Assembly (NCBI GenBank): GCA_904063045.1
Contig: CAJFCJ010000004.1
Coordinates: 2,349,713-2,413,712, forward strand
Direction of reading: 5' to 3'
DNA: 64,000 bases
From: Dimorphilus gyrociliatus
Taxonomy: Eukaryota; Animalia; Annelida
Positions 1 to 12,421 of the stretch are shown piece after piece. A program made the translations under genes and the position numbers. The notes beneath the pieces were generated by a model. That model was not told the DNA's origin, did not search any database, and saw only the letters and a list, made by a program, of their open reading frames with translations. Positions within the stretch are counted from its first letter, which is position 1. Each line of letters starts with the position of its first letter.

Positions 1-93
1 TTTCAATTGATTAATTTCTGATAGCGCTGAAATAAATATAATGCCATCATATACATAAGTATATGTATAAATTAAAAGGGTTTTTTTTCTTAC

Positions 94-1406
94 ATTGTTC
101 AAGATTTTTTTTAATATCTTCTGAATTTGTTGGTTCTTTGCCTTCAACTTTTATTTTTGCTACTCCATTTATTATACCCTCTCTTTCTCTTTGAAAATTT
201 TCAAAAAAATAAGAAGAATTTTGCTTCATGACATTTACTTTTGCTTTTATTGATACTGCAAAGTTCTTTCCTTGATTACTTTTTAGACTGAAATCGAACA
301 ACTAACAGTTTTCTCAATCGTCAAAAACAAAAAATGTCTTACAATAAATTACGTGGACATTTTGGAGTATTAAAATAAAAATACTTTTTGAAATTTGTGA
401 ATGTTTTAGTAACCTGAAAATAAATTAATTAATAGATCACATTTCTAAAAATTGTAATAACAAACTTCATTCTTCAAAAAATTTTCCTTCTCTAAATTGC
501 ATGTTACGTCATAAACCATGTTCCAGCTAATGTCTTTTAAAAGGGTATCTAAAAATATTTTATACTTATACTGTTAATGAACTAGAACATATGTGCAACT
601 AGAGATAAAAATTTAATAAATATGTAAAAAATACCAGGGCTAAGATCATCACCACCTATTTGTAACAAGAGAATTTTAATTATTACGTATAATAGAGATT
701 ATTTTAATTTTATTACTGTTTTCATTAACTGCAAATACGTCAGTTTCACCTTGAAATTGAAAGAAATAAGATTTAGATTAGTTTAGGATAGATATAAGTA
801 AAATATAATTTATATATATTTATCGGTCTATTGTACATACCTAGAGCAAATATATTAGCACTTCTTTCTTCAATTGGCGTTTGAGGATGATAAAAGTTAG
901 GATATTTACAAGAAACTTTGTATTCTCCAATATGTAAATGAGAGATATCGACGTTTAAGGTTGATCTTAATTTTTACAAAAGAAGAAATTTTTAAAAGAA
1001 ACAAACTAATGGTAAAAAAGGCAAGGTATCTGTTTACCTTTTATTTAAGCTATTGAACTTAATATCATGGATATTATGTTTTGAATTTCTATTGACTTCT
1101 CCAATAAGTTCATCATTTAGAAACCATTTATAATTTGATATGTAATCATTGTCTACCCAATTAGAAAATTGACAGTGAAACGTTTGATGTTTAAGACTTT
1201 CAGGTGTTATTGAATAATATGTTTTAGGTCCCGATACTATTACGCATTCAAATTGACTATTTTCATCCTCTAATTAAAAAAATTAGTAATTACAATATAT
1301 ACAGCTTTGCTATAGCTGTTAACTTACCACACACATTCTTTGAGTAGCAAGATATTTCCGTTAGAAACACAGAAAGTAGAGAAATAAAAATTAAATATCC
1401 TTTCAT
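94..1406 (-). CDS. Secreted or membrane Ig-superfamily protein, 5' part (runs off the left edge)
   Basis: Exon 1406-1328 encodes a signal peptide (MKGYLIFISLLSVFLTEISC). Exons 1269-1038 and 965-841 join in frame through GT-AG introns to give TFHC...ISNYKWFLND...LNVDISHLHIGEYKVSC, an Ig-like C/W/Y-x-C pattern. An open exon at 287-94 ends in a gtaag donor. Exons between 750 and 330 are not fully resolved. Confidence 0.6.
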
Positions 1407-1883
1407 ATTAATCGTGACATAAGATAATGAATATTTCCTAAAAAGTGCTGTTCCTTTTATATTGTGCTTTTTATATTTTATAGATAAGTTATCTACTATC
1501 AAATTAAGACATGCGCAGAATGACTATTTCTAATATGAAATTGATTTATTAGAGAAAAGAAACAAAGCGTTTTTTAATAAAAAATGATTCGAAAAAGGAA
1601 ATAAAAATTTGGCAAAAGTTGATTCTTTGAGATAAAAGAGTAAAGATTTCTATTAATTATTATTATTATTATTATATATGAAATAGATATTAAATGCTAA
1701 GGTATTGTAATATATTTCATAGTTGTATCAGATTCATTGAACAATAAATTACTTCGGGAAACAAGAATTACTAATAGTAATATCTTTTAATTAATCGCCA
1801 AAATAGGATAAAGATAGCGTTAAAAGTAGGAAATGAAGAAATTAGAACTATCTATATGTATAAAAATAATCGTTTGAAAAATG

Positions 1884-2015
1884 TATAGTAAAATAGATAA
1901 AGAAAAGAAAACTACTCTTAAACTTTGCAGAAAGAAAAGAAAATCAATGTTTGATATTGCTTATCTTCAACTTAGTAGTTAAATTACTCCTATGTACTGA
2001 TAGCTGGCTGATAAG
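1884..2015 (+). repeat. Diverged direct repeat, copy 1 of 2 (~130 bp)
   Basis: Aligns by eye at ~70% with 3435-3562 (shared blocks aaatagataaaga, agaaaatcaat, ttatcttc, tactccta, ctgataa). Confidence 0.55.
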
Positions 2016-3434
2016 AAATATATATATATATATATACAGTATATATACTGTATATATGCTACATTTATTCAATGTGAAACCTACGAAGAACAGATTTATA
2101 CCAAGTTCGACTCTTTGAAGAATAAGTTAAAAGATAATCACAGTTTTTCCATAAAGTATTATACTAATATCTATACAAGTTTTAATTTGTAATCACCTTG
2201 AATTCTACTCATATCTCGAAATTATAACATGCTGATGTTGCGAATTATTTCACTCAAAAAGTAAAATGATACCTCTTTTATCATTTTAACTTGTGGGCAG
2301 AAAATTGTTAATTCTAAACATTTCGTTTGTGTTTTTTTCGAATGGACACCAAAAGTTTGTTAAAGAATATTAAATCTATATCTTGATACTTCAATAAGAT
2401 TTACTCAGTATAGACTTTCTTTTACTGACCTTCAATCTTTTGACAAAACCACCTAGCAAGTCATCTGTGAAAGAATTGTTTCCTTTCTTTTTCGTTTATA
2501 TAAATCACTCTATTGACTTTTGCATTTATAAACAAGAATTGTTAGATTTGTGGTATTTTTTATGATATCTTTATAACTTTGAAATAATAAAGAAATAATT
2601 AAACGTTTACACAGCTATAGGAATAAAGTAAACCTAAAAGTAAATAGTAACAAAATAGTTTTCTATAGGCTTAATTGAATAATGAAATAATTTATTGTTT
2701 TGATGAATAATTTTCTGATTTGACTGCTATGAAAATGTACAGATGTTAAATACCTGGAAAACAGTCATTTTTACATCTTATCACCTTGCATATGTTGTTC
2801 TTAGACACATCTGTCCAACTTTTATCATTGGTTTCATTAGCATATCTTTGATATCTCGAATTTACGCCATTCATTTACGATTATGAAGGAGCTTAGTTTG
2901 TAATATTTTACTTCCTTGTATGGTATGTATCGCAGTTAATATTTTAAATAATCTTACAAGAGTTTCAAAGTTTTATTTTCTTGAATATTTAAGAATGGCT
3001 AATGTTATCAGAGAGATAACTCTCTATGTATATATTATTTACTTTTAAACTACTATATTCAGCAGAAAATATTCACTGCAATATAGATATTCATACATTA
3101 GAGTAGTGGGATAATTATATTTTACTAGGACTAAAAGTGATGAGGGTTTAACTAGAAAAAAAAAGATTAGAAAAATGACAATATAAAGAAACTGACGTCA
3201 TTAAATATGAAATCCTTAAGAGGTTAAAAATAGATGCTTACTTTGATAATAGAAATTATGCTTATGTGTAGTTAATTCAAAAGTTTGTGATTGGGATTGA
3301 CTTCTGAACCACTTGACTGATAGCAGTAATGAAGAATCGATTTAAAACTTTTTACTTCCGCTTTGATCAATTCAAATCTTTACAATGGTAGGCATAAGAT
3401 AGCAGTAAAATAAAAGAGATTTTCTTGGAGAGTA

Positions 3435-3562
3435 TATAGTAGAAATAGATAAAGAGAGGAAACTAATTTTTTATTTGAAAAAGGAGAAAATCAATTTTTG
3501 GTATTGTTTTGTTATCTTCGCTTTGGTAGTCTAACTACTCCTACCGATAAAAAACTGATAAT
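3435..3562 (+). repeat. Diverged direct repeat, copy 2 of 2
   Basis: Similar to 1884-2015; ends ~150 bp upstream of the CHSY ATG. Confidence 0.55.
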
Positions 3563-3713
3563 CATATATATTCATATTAAATCTTTTTTACTCAGCGCAA
3601 TTCTTATTTGATTAATTCAACGATACACTGACTCTCTGAGGAATCAATTTTTTACTTTTATGGTCAACCGATTAGTTAAATAAATGCTTCGTAACTAGAA
3701 TATAACAATAAAA

Positions 3714-5851
3714 ATGGACAGGAAAAAGAAAAGAAGGATAGAATATGAAAGGACTTTATTTTTTCTAGCTGGAATATTTATAGGATTTTACATACCCAGC
3801 TTTGTCATTCACAAAGGATTTTGTTATGAGGAAGGTCATTTAATAGAAGAAGAATCTCTTGGCGAGGATCTACAACCGCGAATTAATTTATATGTTGGAG
3901 TAATGACTTCCGAGAAATATATTACTTCTAGAGCAGTCTTTGTGAATAATACTTGGGGAAAACCCTTATATAATCATCTTGACTTTTACACTTCATCTGA
4001 ATTAGTTAATGTGAAAAAAGTCAAATTAGAAGGCGTCGATGATTCAGAATATCCACCTCAAAAAAAATCTTTTAGGATGTTAAAATATTGGTGTGAAAAC
4101 TACTTAGACAAATACGATTGGTTTCTCCGAGCAGACGACGATAGTTACATCAATATGGAAAAACTTAAATCATGGTTAGTAACCATTGATAGTAGAAGAG
4201 CTTTCATGATCGGTCATCCTGGTCAGGGCAAAGCGGAGAAGAAAGGTAAAATAGGAATATCGTCAACTGATTATTACTGCATGGGTGGTCCTGGTGTTTT
4301 ATTTAGTAGAGTGGCTTTAAAAAGAATATGTCCCTACATAAAGACTTGTGAGAGGTCAGTTGTGAGTCGACACGAAGATGTTGAAATTGGAAGGTGCGTT
4401 TTAGCACATGCAGGTATTGGATGCTCAAAAAGCTTTGAGGTAGTTTATTAATTTCAATTACATTTAGTTTAAATAAACTGTTATCTTATCACTTAACTAT
4501 ATTTCAGCTTTCAACTCTCTTCTTTTCCAACTATGCAAATAATAGTAACTATTTTAAAGCCAATCCTGAAGTTGGAAATCTTAAATCAACTTTAAAAGAT
4601 TCATTAACAATGCACGCTATAAAAGATGTAAGATATGCTTACAGAATTGACTTTATCATCCTAAAGAATAAGGTTGAAAAACTGAAAAAGAAAATTTCGA
4701 CAATCTACTCAGCCTTATCTGGAAAAGTTAAAGAACATCAATTTGATATCACTAAAAATAACAGTTGGAATACTATCGCTAATTTTAAGAAATTTTATCA
4801 AAATTACAAAGAAAAACCAATTGTTTATATGCAGACAACTGGAAAAATTGAAATTCTCTTCTTCTTCCAAGAAGTCTTGTATTATCTTCATAATTTAATA
4901 AAAAGATCGTACATCATTAAAAATATACCAACGGTATATCGGCATTTTTCACCCAGTAATGGTTTAACCTATGCGACTGACATTCGTTTAGAAGTTGACA
5001 AAAAGAAGAGTATTCTTCAACTGAAAGGAACAAGAAAATTCTCTTCAATTCAATCGAGAATACTAGACGTCGACGATAGTTCACCAATTACAATTGTCAT
5101 ACCATTATTCAATAAGAAAGAAGCATTCGATAGATTTTTAAAAATGTGGATATCACAAGCTATGGATAGAAACGTTCATTTGCTATTTACCATTTCAAAG
5201 GCAGATAAACATCTAAATATAATAACCAATACTATAAATAGATTCTCTGCAAGTTTACCATACGGTATGTCAATTAGCTATATAGTTAAAGATGGTGACT
5301 TTTCAAGAGGTCCAATTTTAAATTACGGATCACAAGCTGTACCTGATCATCATATTATGTGTTTTTTGGATGTAGATTTAAAATTAACAAAAAGTACTCT
5401 TAGAAGAATTAGAGCTTCGACAATTAAAGGAAAACAAGTATATTTTCCGATTATGTTTTCACAATTCGATTCAGATTTTAATAAGATTTACGACGGCCAT
5501 AATAAGAATAACGGTTATTGGAGAGAGAGTAGTTTTGGTCAAGTGTGTTTGTATAAAACAGATTTTACAAATTCTCTAAAATTAACTGAAAGTATATACG
5601 AATGGGGAAAGGAAGACTTAGAATTTGCAGAGCAAATAATTAAAAAGAAAATTTTAACTATATTTCGCAGTCCAGATGTTGGAATCACTCATATTTTTCA
5701 CTCAATACATTGCGATCGTATTATAAATGAGGAACAGAAGAAAATGTGCATTGCTGTTAAATATAGAACGTATGCTTCTCAGAACCAACTAGCTAACAAG
5801 TTTTACTCATCGATAAATTTATTAAATATAAATAACGATAACGATCAATAA
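3714..5851 (+). CDS. CHSY1: Chondroitin sulfate synthase 1-like (type II membrane; Fringe-like GalT domain plus CHGN domain), 2 exons, ~689 aa
   Basis: Exons 3714-4439 and 4508-5851 joined by a 68-nt phase-0 GT-AG intron (SFE|LSTLFFSNY). Motifs: LYVGVMT, YPPQKKSFRML, WFLRADDDSY, CMGGPGVLFS, HEDVEIGRC, FLDVD, VYFPIMFSQF, GYWR, WGKED. Confidence 0.93.
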
Positions 5852-6033
5852 TTATTATCTGAGATTATTTAATCAGATGCGTACAACAAAAACAATTTAA
5901 TTGGTGTCTCCTATTTATTTTTTTTTCGTTATATTTGTTTTTTTTATTGTTCTAATTTGTTTATTATATTTTTAATGATAAACCATTCTCGACACAAATC
6001 ATTGTTATAAAAGAAAAAAGAAGAAGAAGAAGT

Positions 6034-6079
<46 letters not shown>

Positions 6080-6341
6080 AAGAATTAAAACTTGTATTAA
6101 AAGTGATAATATTGTAATCAAAATCGTGTTTTTAAATAGTTCTATCTCAAGAAATTATATTGTATATTTCTATTTGTTTATTGCAATTATTTTGTTATTT
6201 CCTCCCTTGGAAAAAAGATAATAAATGTCAAAATCCCAACTTAATTAAAGCAATGGCTTCTTATTCTTCAAAACATATCTACAGTAATATTTATAAAGTT
6301 TGATAATATCATATCGTCGAATGTCATTTTTTTGTTGTATC

Positions 6342-9300
6342 CTAAAAATACTCCAACTGTAACGGTTTATCACTTGGCGGTGATGTTGCCGTATTTGAAT
6401 TTAACGCTGATCTATGATATGTAGCCGAGTCTTCGTCCCAAGCCTGAAAAGACTAATCAAAAAAGAATTAGACAAGGTTAGAATAGTCTTATAGAAACAA
6501 CAAGAAAAAAAGCTGGTCTGATGACATACTTTATTCCTCTTTATTCGAAGTGGACTGTACTGATAATACTGTATAAACGTTAAAAAATGAGACAGTTTTC
6601 AAAATACTTATCTAAGAATATTGATAAGAAACCTCTTTTCGTAAATTCTCCTTATCAGCTTCTGATAAAGGCTCACCACCTACAGCACCCCTTGCTTCCT
6701 GATCAAGACTCTCATATCCCTAATAAAAGATTAACATGGTATTTAACATAGGCATTTTTGTAAGAAATTTACATGATTAGAAGTTGCTGATTTATTATTA
6801 TCTTCGTCCGCCCACTCTTCTTTAGTTGCATTTTGAAATGTTGTATAATCACGGGGTTGAGACGTTGTATGTATAGAATCCCAAGACGGTGTAATGTTCG
6901 CTACACCACTGATACAGTTGTCTGTGCTATTAGGTGCAGTAGGAATGCTGGCAAAAGGATTTCTCCTAAAGATATAGAAACGATCAAGTTAATAAAGTTC
7001 ATAATCAGCTTCTCTCTATTTAGATTTCCTTACGAAGCTAAATTGATATCATTTTGTTTTTTAATCTCCCGCCGAGTTCTTAAAACAATTAGTAGAGTAA
7101 CAACTGTAATTAATAGAAGAACTATTATACCACCACCCACACCACCCAAAATTCCAAAAAACCATCCGTACTCTCTACATTTGTTAAATATATTCAGATA
7201 GTTGGGTTTGCATCTAAAAGATTTACATATTTGTTTTATTAGTTTGCTTTTATAGTAGACGCAAATTATTTGTTAAAACTTACGAGCATGAAACTACAGC
7301 GTCGTTATTTTTGAATAAAATTGCACAAGTTTGTCCAATTTCATTACAATACATGTTACATTTATAAATGCATTGTTCAATATAGGTATTATTATGAAAT
7401 CTACAAGATTCCACCATTATGCAAATAGGGAGGCGAGCGTCACACGCATTACCAGGAATTTTCTGTAGAGCTATTATTAACGGATAATATTATGCATAAA
7501 TATTTTAGACTTATTAGACGTAGAGCCAGGGACAAAGCTATAGCAATATTAAAAAGTATCATTCTGTAAGGAATTCTTAGTTTACTTCGCCAATTGTCGA
7601 GCTTGAATTGAACAGCTCGTGTACAACCCTTTCGTACGTATACAAATATTATACATAGCTTTGTCACTGACTATATACATTTGTATATGTATATTTTCTC
7701 TTTTATGCTAACTTGTTTCCAACGAGTTTTTCAACTCTGACACATTAATTACAGCTTCATTTGACAAACGTATTTGTGATATTGAATTAGCAATAGTATA
7801 TCTATTGTTTTTAACTTGGTCAGTAACATAGCTATCTTTTAATAGACCGGCAGTAGCATACCAAATAACGAAGAATGTTGATGTAATAAAACTATTTGAT
7901 GACTTGAAGCTAGTTAAAAATAGAATAAAGTATTGAGAATTATATAAATATTTATTTACAAATCAGTATTATTACAGATCATAAGGAAAACGTTGATTAT
8001 ATTATCTACCTGTTTTCAGTGCAAGCAACTGATACTTTTTTATCTTTGAATAGGGTATATCCTTTAAGTATTGTAGAAATCTAATATGTTGAAAAAAGGA
8101 AGGATTGTTGAAAACGAAAGTAGAATATTATACTATACCTCTTTTTCTAGATTATCCTTTTGTTCGCTATTACAAATTACCTTATAACTCATATTGAAAG
8201 AGATTTCATAAAATTTGTTACCTAAATTTATAGATTTTAAGGAAATACAAATAGTTTTTTTACAATTATAATATATTTTGTATTTACTTAGATCTGCTAT
8301 TCTTGGTGGTATATCAGTAGAATCCGGTGAATGTGGTGGTAAAGTAATAGCCATTGTAGGACTAACAGACTCCGACACCGTTGATTCTAAATCTTAAATG
8401 TTGATAGGAAATATGTCATTTGTTCATACTCTATGTACTATTTTTGTTATTTAGGTTAATACCGTGGGTTACTTTCATAGTTGTTCCACTAGGCTGAAGG
8501 GTTGTATTGGGTATTTTAGAATGTATGGTAGAGTAGGAGGTAGTCCAGTTAAATTGGCTTACAGAATTGGTTGTAACTTTAGTTGTACCACTTCCATTAA
8601 CTGTATGATTACCTTCAATAAATGTAAAGATATTTTGCTACTAATCAACATTTAAAAAGATATATGAACGTAATTATGAACGAAATTAAGAGAAAAGTGA
8701 TAAACAAACCTTCATCGTTCATAAAATCTAATAATAGATCGGAATCTAATTAAAGTGAAAAATCTATATGCTTGTTTGAAAATAAATAGTATCCAACCTG
8801 AGTATATATGAAGGAATAATCTAGCGTCTGTCTCTTCTGTTATCCTGCTATTTTCTCGCTTTGCACAAATTACTTTAGCGTGATAAACAATCTCAGGAGT
8901 CGTTTCATTGAGTAATAGATGAAAAAGGAGTGTCGATCTTCAAGTGATAGAAAATTAGTCACAAATTGCAATTAGGTATATATATATTTAAATGTTGAAT
9001 TATGCCAATTATACTAATAGCTTTAAACATAATCACACCTTTTGTTTCGTTTATCATACGTTATTTGAACGAAATCTTTGCGCTTTTTCTCTTCATTAAC
9101 TCTTCCTACATCTTGATTGTAGTTATCAATGTACCACCTGTAATTTGATATACTTGACTCCTGAAGAGAACTTTTAAATTGGCAAGTAAAGATGTAGTTC
9201 TTCTGCAATTCTTGTCGCTTTTCTTTAATAAGTATAATGGAATCCGGTCCTCTTTCAATACCACATTCGTTAGATTTTCCTGAAAATTATCTCTAATTTA

Positions 9301-9412
9301 TGCAATGGAACAGCATAGTATTAATTTCGTATTAAATACCACAATGGTTGTTAATATCTGATTTGCATAGAGACGTTAAAGTGATCCATATAATTGAATA
9401 AAAAAAGTTCAT
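6342..9412 (-). CDS. Multi-exon single-pass type I membrane protein: signal peptide, Cys-containing N-terminal region (weakly ZP-like), S/T/P-rich stalk, SEA-like region, EGF-like domains, TM, Tyr-containing tail
   Basis: Signal peptide MNFFYSIIWITLTSLCKS from ATG 9412; stalk ESTVSESVSPTMAITLPPHSPDST; EGF-like NACDARLPIC...CNMYCNEIGQTC...VSCSCKPNYLNIFNKC; TM FFGILGGVGGGIIVLLLITVVTLLIVL then RTRR; tail ends KPLQLEYF* at 6342. Several internal junctions are ambiguous. Confidence 0.65.
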
Positions 9413-10218
9413 ATTATAAAATAGCGTGAGCGAAAATAAGCGTAAAGTGTGAATAAAGTATAGAAAAAAAAAATTAGTAATATTATATTTTCAGGTGTGG
9501 TTTTAGATAACTTTAACATGTTATCTTGGGTGTATGCGGTAGTCTTAAGAGAAAAAGATAAGATAATCGATAAGAATTATTAACGTATAGCAAATTTACG
9601 ATATCCTGTACTGTATATGCAATACGAAAAATGGCTTAAACTATTGATTTATCAAAATTTTTGTAAACTTCTTTTAGAAAATTTTCACCATTGATACGTT
9701 TTAATTCTTATCTTAGATAATCAATTGAATTCCCTTGTAAATTATTGATACGTATAACAGCTAGGATGATAAAATTTTAATACACTTTATATCAGTACCG
9801 ACAGATGGCGATCCGATAGAAGTTACTTGGAAATTTTCCCTAAAAATATATCAAAGGCTACAATCATATTAAAAATTGTGCAATAGCCTTACCAAGATAT
9901 ACAACAATCATTCTTTTATTCAATAGTTTACAGACATATTAGTATATTTGCTATTGGAATTCGGAAAGTTGTTACTTGCCTATCACATTCGTGCGCCTAT
10001 AGAAGAAAAGAAGAAGCTATGATACTTAGAGAATATCGTTGAAAATTTACTTTAGAGAGAATATATTATAACTCTATAAACTTGCCGCGAAAACATAGAT
10101 TGCCGATAAAAAAAATATCATATAATATTTATATATATTTAATTTTTGAAGCTAGAAGAGTTCTATAAATTGAAGAAAAGACAGAGAGAGAGAGAGAGAG
10201 AAAGAAAGAGAAGAAATA

Positions 10219-10253
10219 TGCAAAGGAAATAACTAAATTAAGATGGCTGAATA
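10219..10253 (+). repeat. 35-bp element following a GA microsatellite, copy 1
   Basis: tgcaaaggaaataactaaattaagatggctgaata is 34/35 identical to 14329-14363 and contains a YY1-like AAGATGGC core. Confidence 0.7.
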
Positions 10254-11284
10254 TTAATAATAATTAGTAATAAGGTTTAAGCAGATAAGAAAGAACGATG
10301 TTCATGCAAATTTACACAGCAGAATGGCTAGGACTTTACTAGGCTAGGTCTTTTACTTTTAAATATAAGCTAGATGAATCCTTTCTTTGTTTTAAACTAT
10401 ACAAAAGAAAAAACTCTATGCAAAATCAAGAATTTTTCGTCGGTACTGTATTGTGATTGATTTTTTTGCTTTACACAGTTAGGGTATTAAGCAACTTTTA
10501 CCTTTATATTATTTGCATATCGTAGGTTAGATATAAATCAATTGCTACAGTGGTAAAACCTTTTAAAAAGTATTTGGTCTAGAATGTTGATCTGCCTTTC
10601 AGTCATTTTTAACACTGTCGCTTTGGTCTCACATTTAAGATTTATGGCTAAGTAGAACACATTCAATAGCAAGAACAATGGAATTATAGAATACAAAATT
10701 GTGCTGGCTTAATTCAAAGTAGACAGCACAAAAAATCAAGAAAATTTGGTAAAACTGCTTTGTACTTATATAGATAAAACAGTCTAGTGTAAAAGAAAGT
10801 TTTATGCAAATACAAGTTGAATGAAGAGAAGAGGAAGAATAGCCCTGCTTAAAAAACCAGTTCTAAATAGGAAACAATTTAAGGGAATATTATGAAAAAT
10901 ACAATTCATGATACAAAACTTTGTATTATTGAGTCATAATAAGTTTACATATATTGATCATCTGCTCTTTTCTTTCCGTAGATGATAATAGCTGAAATAA
11001 AATAATCTCGAATAGATAGATATATGATATATGGCATTCGGCTATCATGATTTCAATTGAAAATTGAACACCTCCTAACTATGTCATGGTAAGAAAAGAA
11101 TTCTCTTTTGTAGAAAGAGAAAAGGGGCTTCTTTTAGGTATTCTACACTGTTTAGCTTGGCAGGAGTTCAAAACAGTTTTTGCAGCCTGGGCAGGGAAGG
11201 GTTACGCCTATCACTGTCGACACTTTAATACTCACTGTCACTAATGTCATATTATTGGATAATCTTGTGAAAATAGAAACAATA

Positions 11285-12421
11285 ATGTAAGTTGCTACTA
11301 TAGGTATGAAAAATAGAATAAGAATACTTTGCTAGCATACCTTTCTTTCTCGCAGGAAAATAAAAATATATAGAGGTTTAACTATATCCTCTATTTTATC
11401 TATTTTCTTCCTTCTCCATTTCACACGAAAAAGGCATGTGTTTCCGTCAAATAAATTTACCTTAACTGGGTTAAGTAATGAGTTTGCTAGTGGAAAGAGT
11501 TTAGACCGAAAAGTGTTACTATGTATACCAGACGGCGGTTTGGCTAATTCATTAAGAGCATTGGTTTCTTGTAAAGTATTATCAACTATACTTAATAGAA
11601 GTTTAGCAACTATTGATAATTGGCCAACGAAAAAATGCCCATTAAACACATTTATTCAGTTGAATTCCGTTGAATATTTTCCCGAATCCTATATAAATCA
11701 AATCAACTCTACTACAATAACCGTTAATTATAGGATGACACCTTATCATGTATCAAATATAATGAAAATTCAAAATGATATGTTGATTATTAAAAGCTTC
11801 TTTTTATTCATAAATCAAAGGAGTCTTAAAAAACTTAAAGGAACTGTTGGATATATCAAATATTTGAAGAATTTACGAACAGCCTCACTATTTAGACATG
11901 TTTCTAGAGAATTGTTTCAGCCGACGTTGAAATTACAAACTCTTATTAATTACCATAGAGCAATCCTTAAGTCTTATCGCTGGATTACTTGCTTACAAAT
12001 AAGAACAGGATGGGGTGAAGCGGATCATCCTAGAAAATTCTCAGAAAGCTGTATAAAAGAAGGTCTACTACCAGATATGGAGAGGGAGTCTAGAAATAGG
12101 AGTTCTGTATTATTTATCACAATGGACGACGATGAATTGGCGAGTTATATAAAGAAAACGTTTAAAGATAATTTTTATGTTCTATCAGGAAAAAATTATC
12201 ATTTTCGTGATGAAAATGCAAAATGTACCGATCTTGAAAAGGTTTTTATTGAATTTTTTCTTATGGAATACTGCAATAAGGCCTATATAACTTTACACTC
12301 AACTTTTGGATTATATAGTTTATTAAGAAGTATCGAAGATAAGGAAATTATATATTTGTCCTGCTCAATCTCATTGTTAAACTATAGACGATCATCTTTA
12401 CACAAAGTATATCTTATTTAA
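11285..12421 (+). CDS. Fucosyltransferase-like GT-B enzyme (GT11/GT23/GT37-type motifs), type II membrane protein
   Basis: Acceptor at 11355; exon 11356-12421 opens with KIKIYRGLTISSILSIFFLLHF (signal anchor). Motifs: DGGLANSLR, CLQIRTG, LFITMDD, EFFLMEYCNKAYITLHSTFG. The start codon comes from a tiny upstream exon (AT 11285-86, or ATGTCATG 11081-88). Confidence 0.75.

Noticed and set aside
2100-2900. Possible minus-strand exons (MNGVNSRYQRY...CKNDCFP; VELGINLFFV)
   Set aside because: Could not be joined into a stop-free, phase-consistent model, and no recognisable motif.
6833-7201. 122-aa plus-strand ORF
   Set aside because: Antisense shadow of the TM and cytoplasmic exons of the minus-strand mucin-like gene.
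10300-11250. snRNA gene suggested by the octamer cluster
   Set aside because: No U1, U2, U4, U5, U6 or SL-like sequence recognisable downstream.
11332-11649. 105-aa minus-strand ORF
   Set aside because: Antisense to the FUT-like exon.
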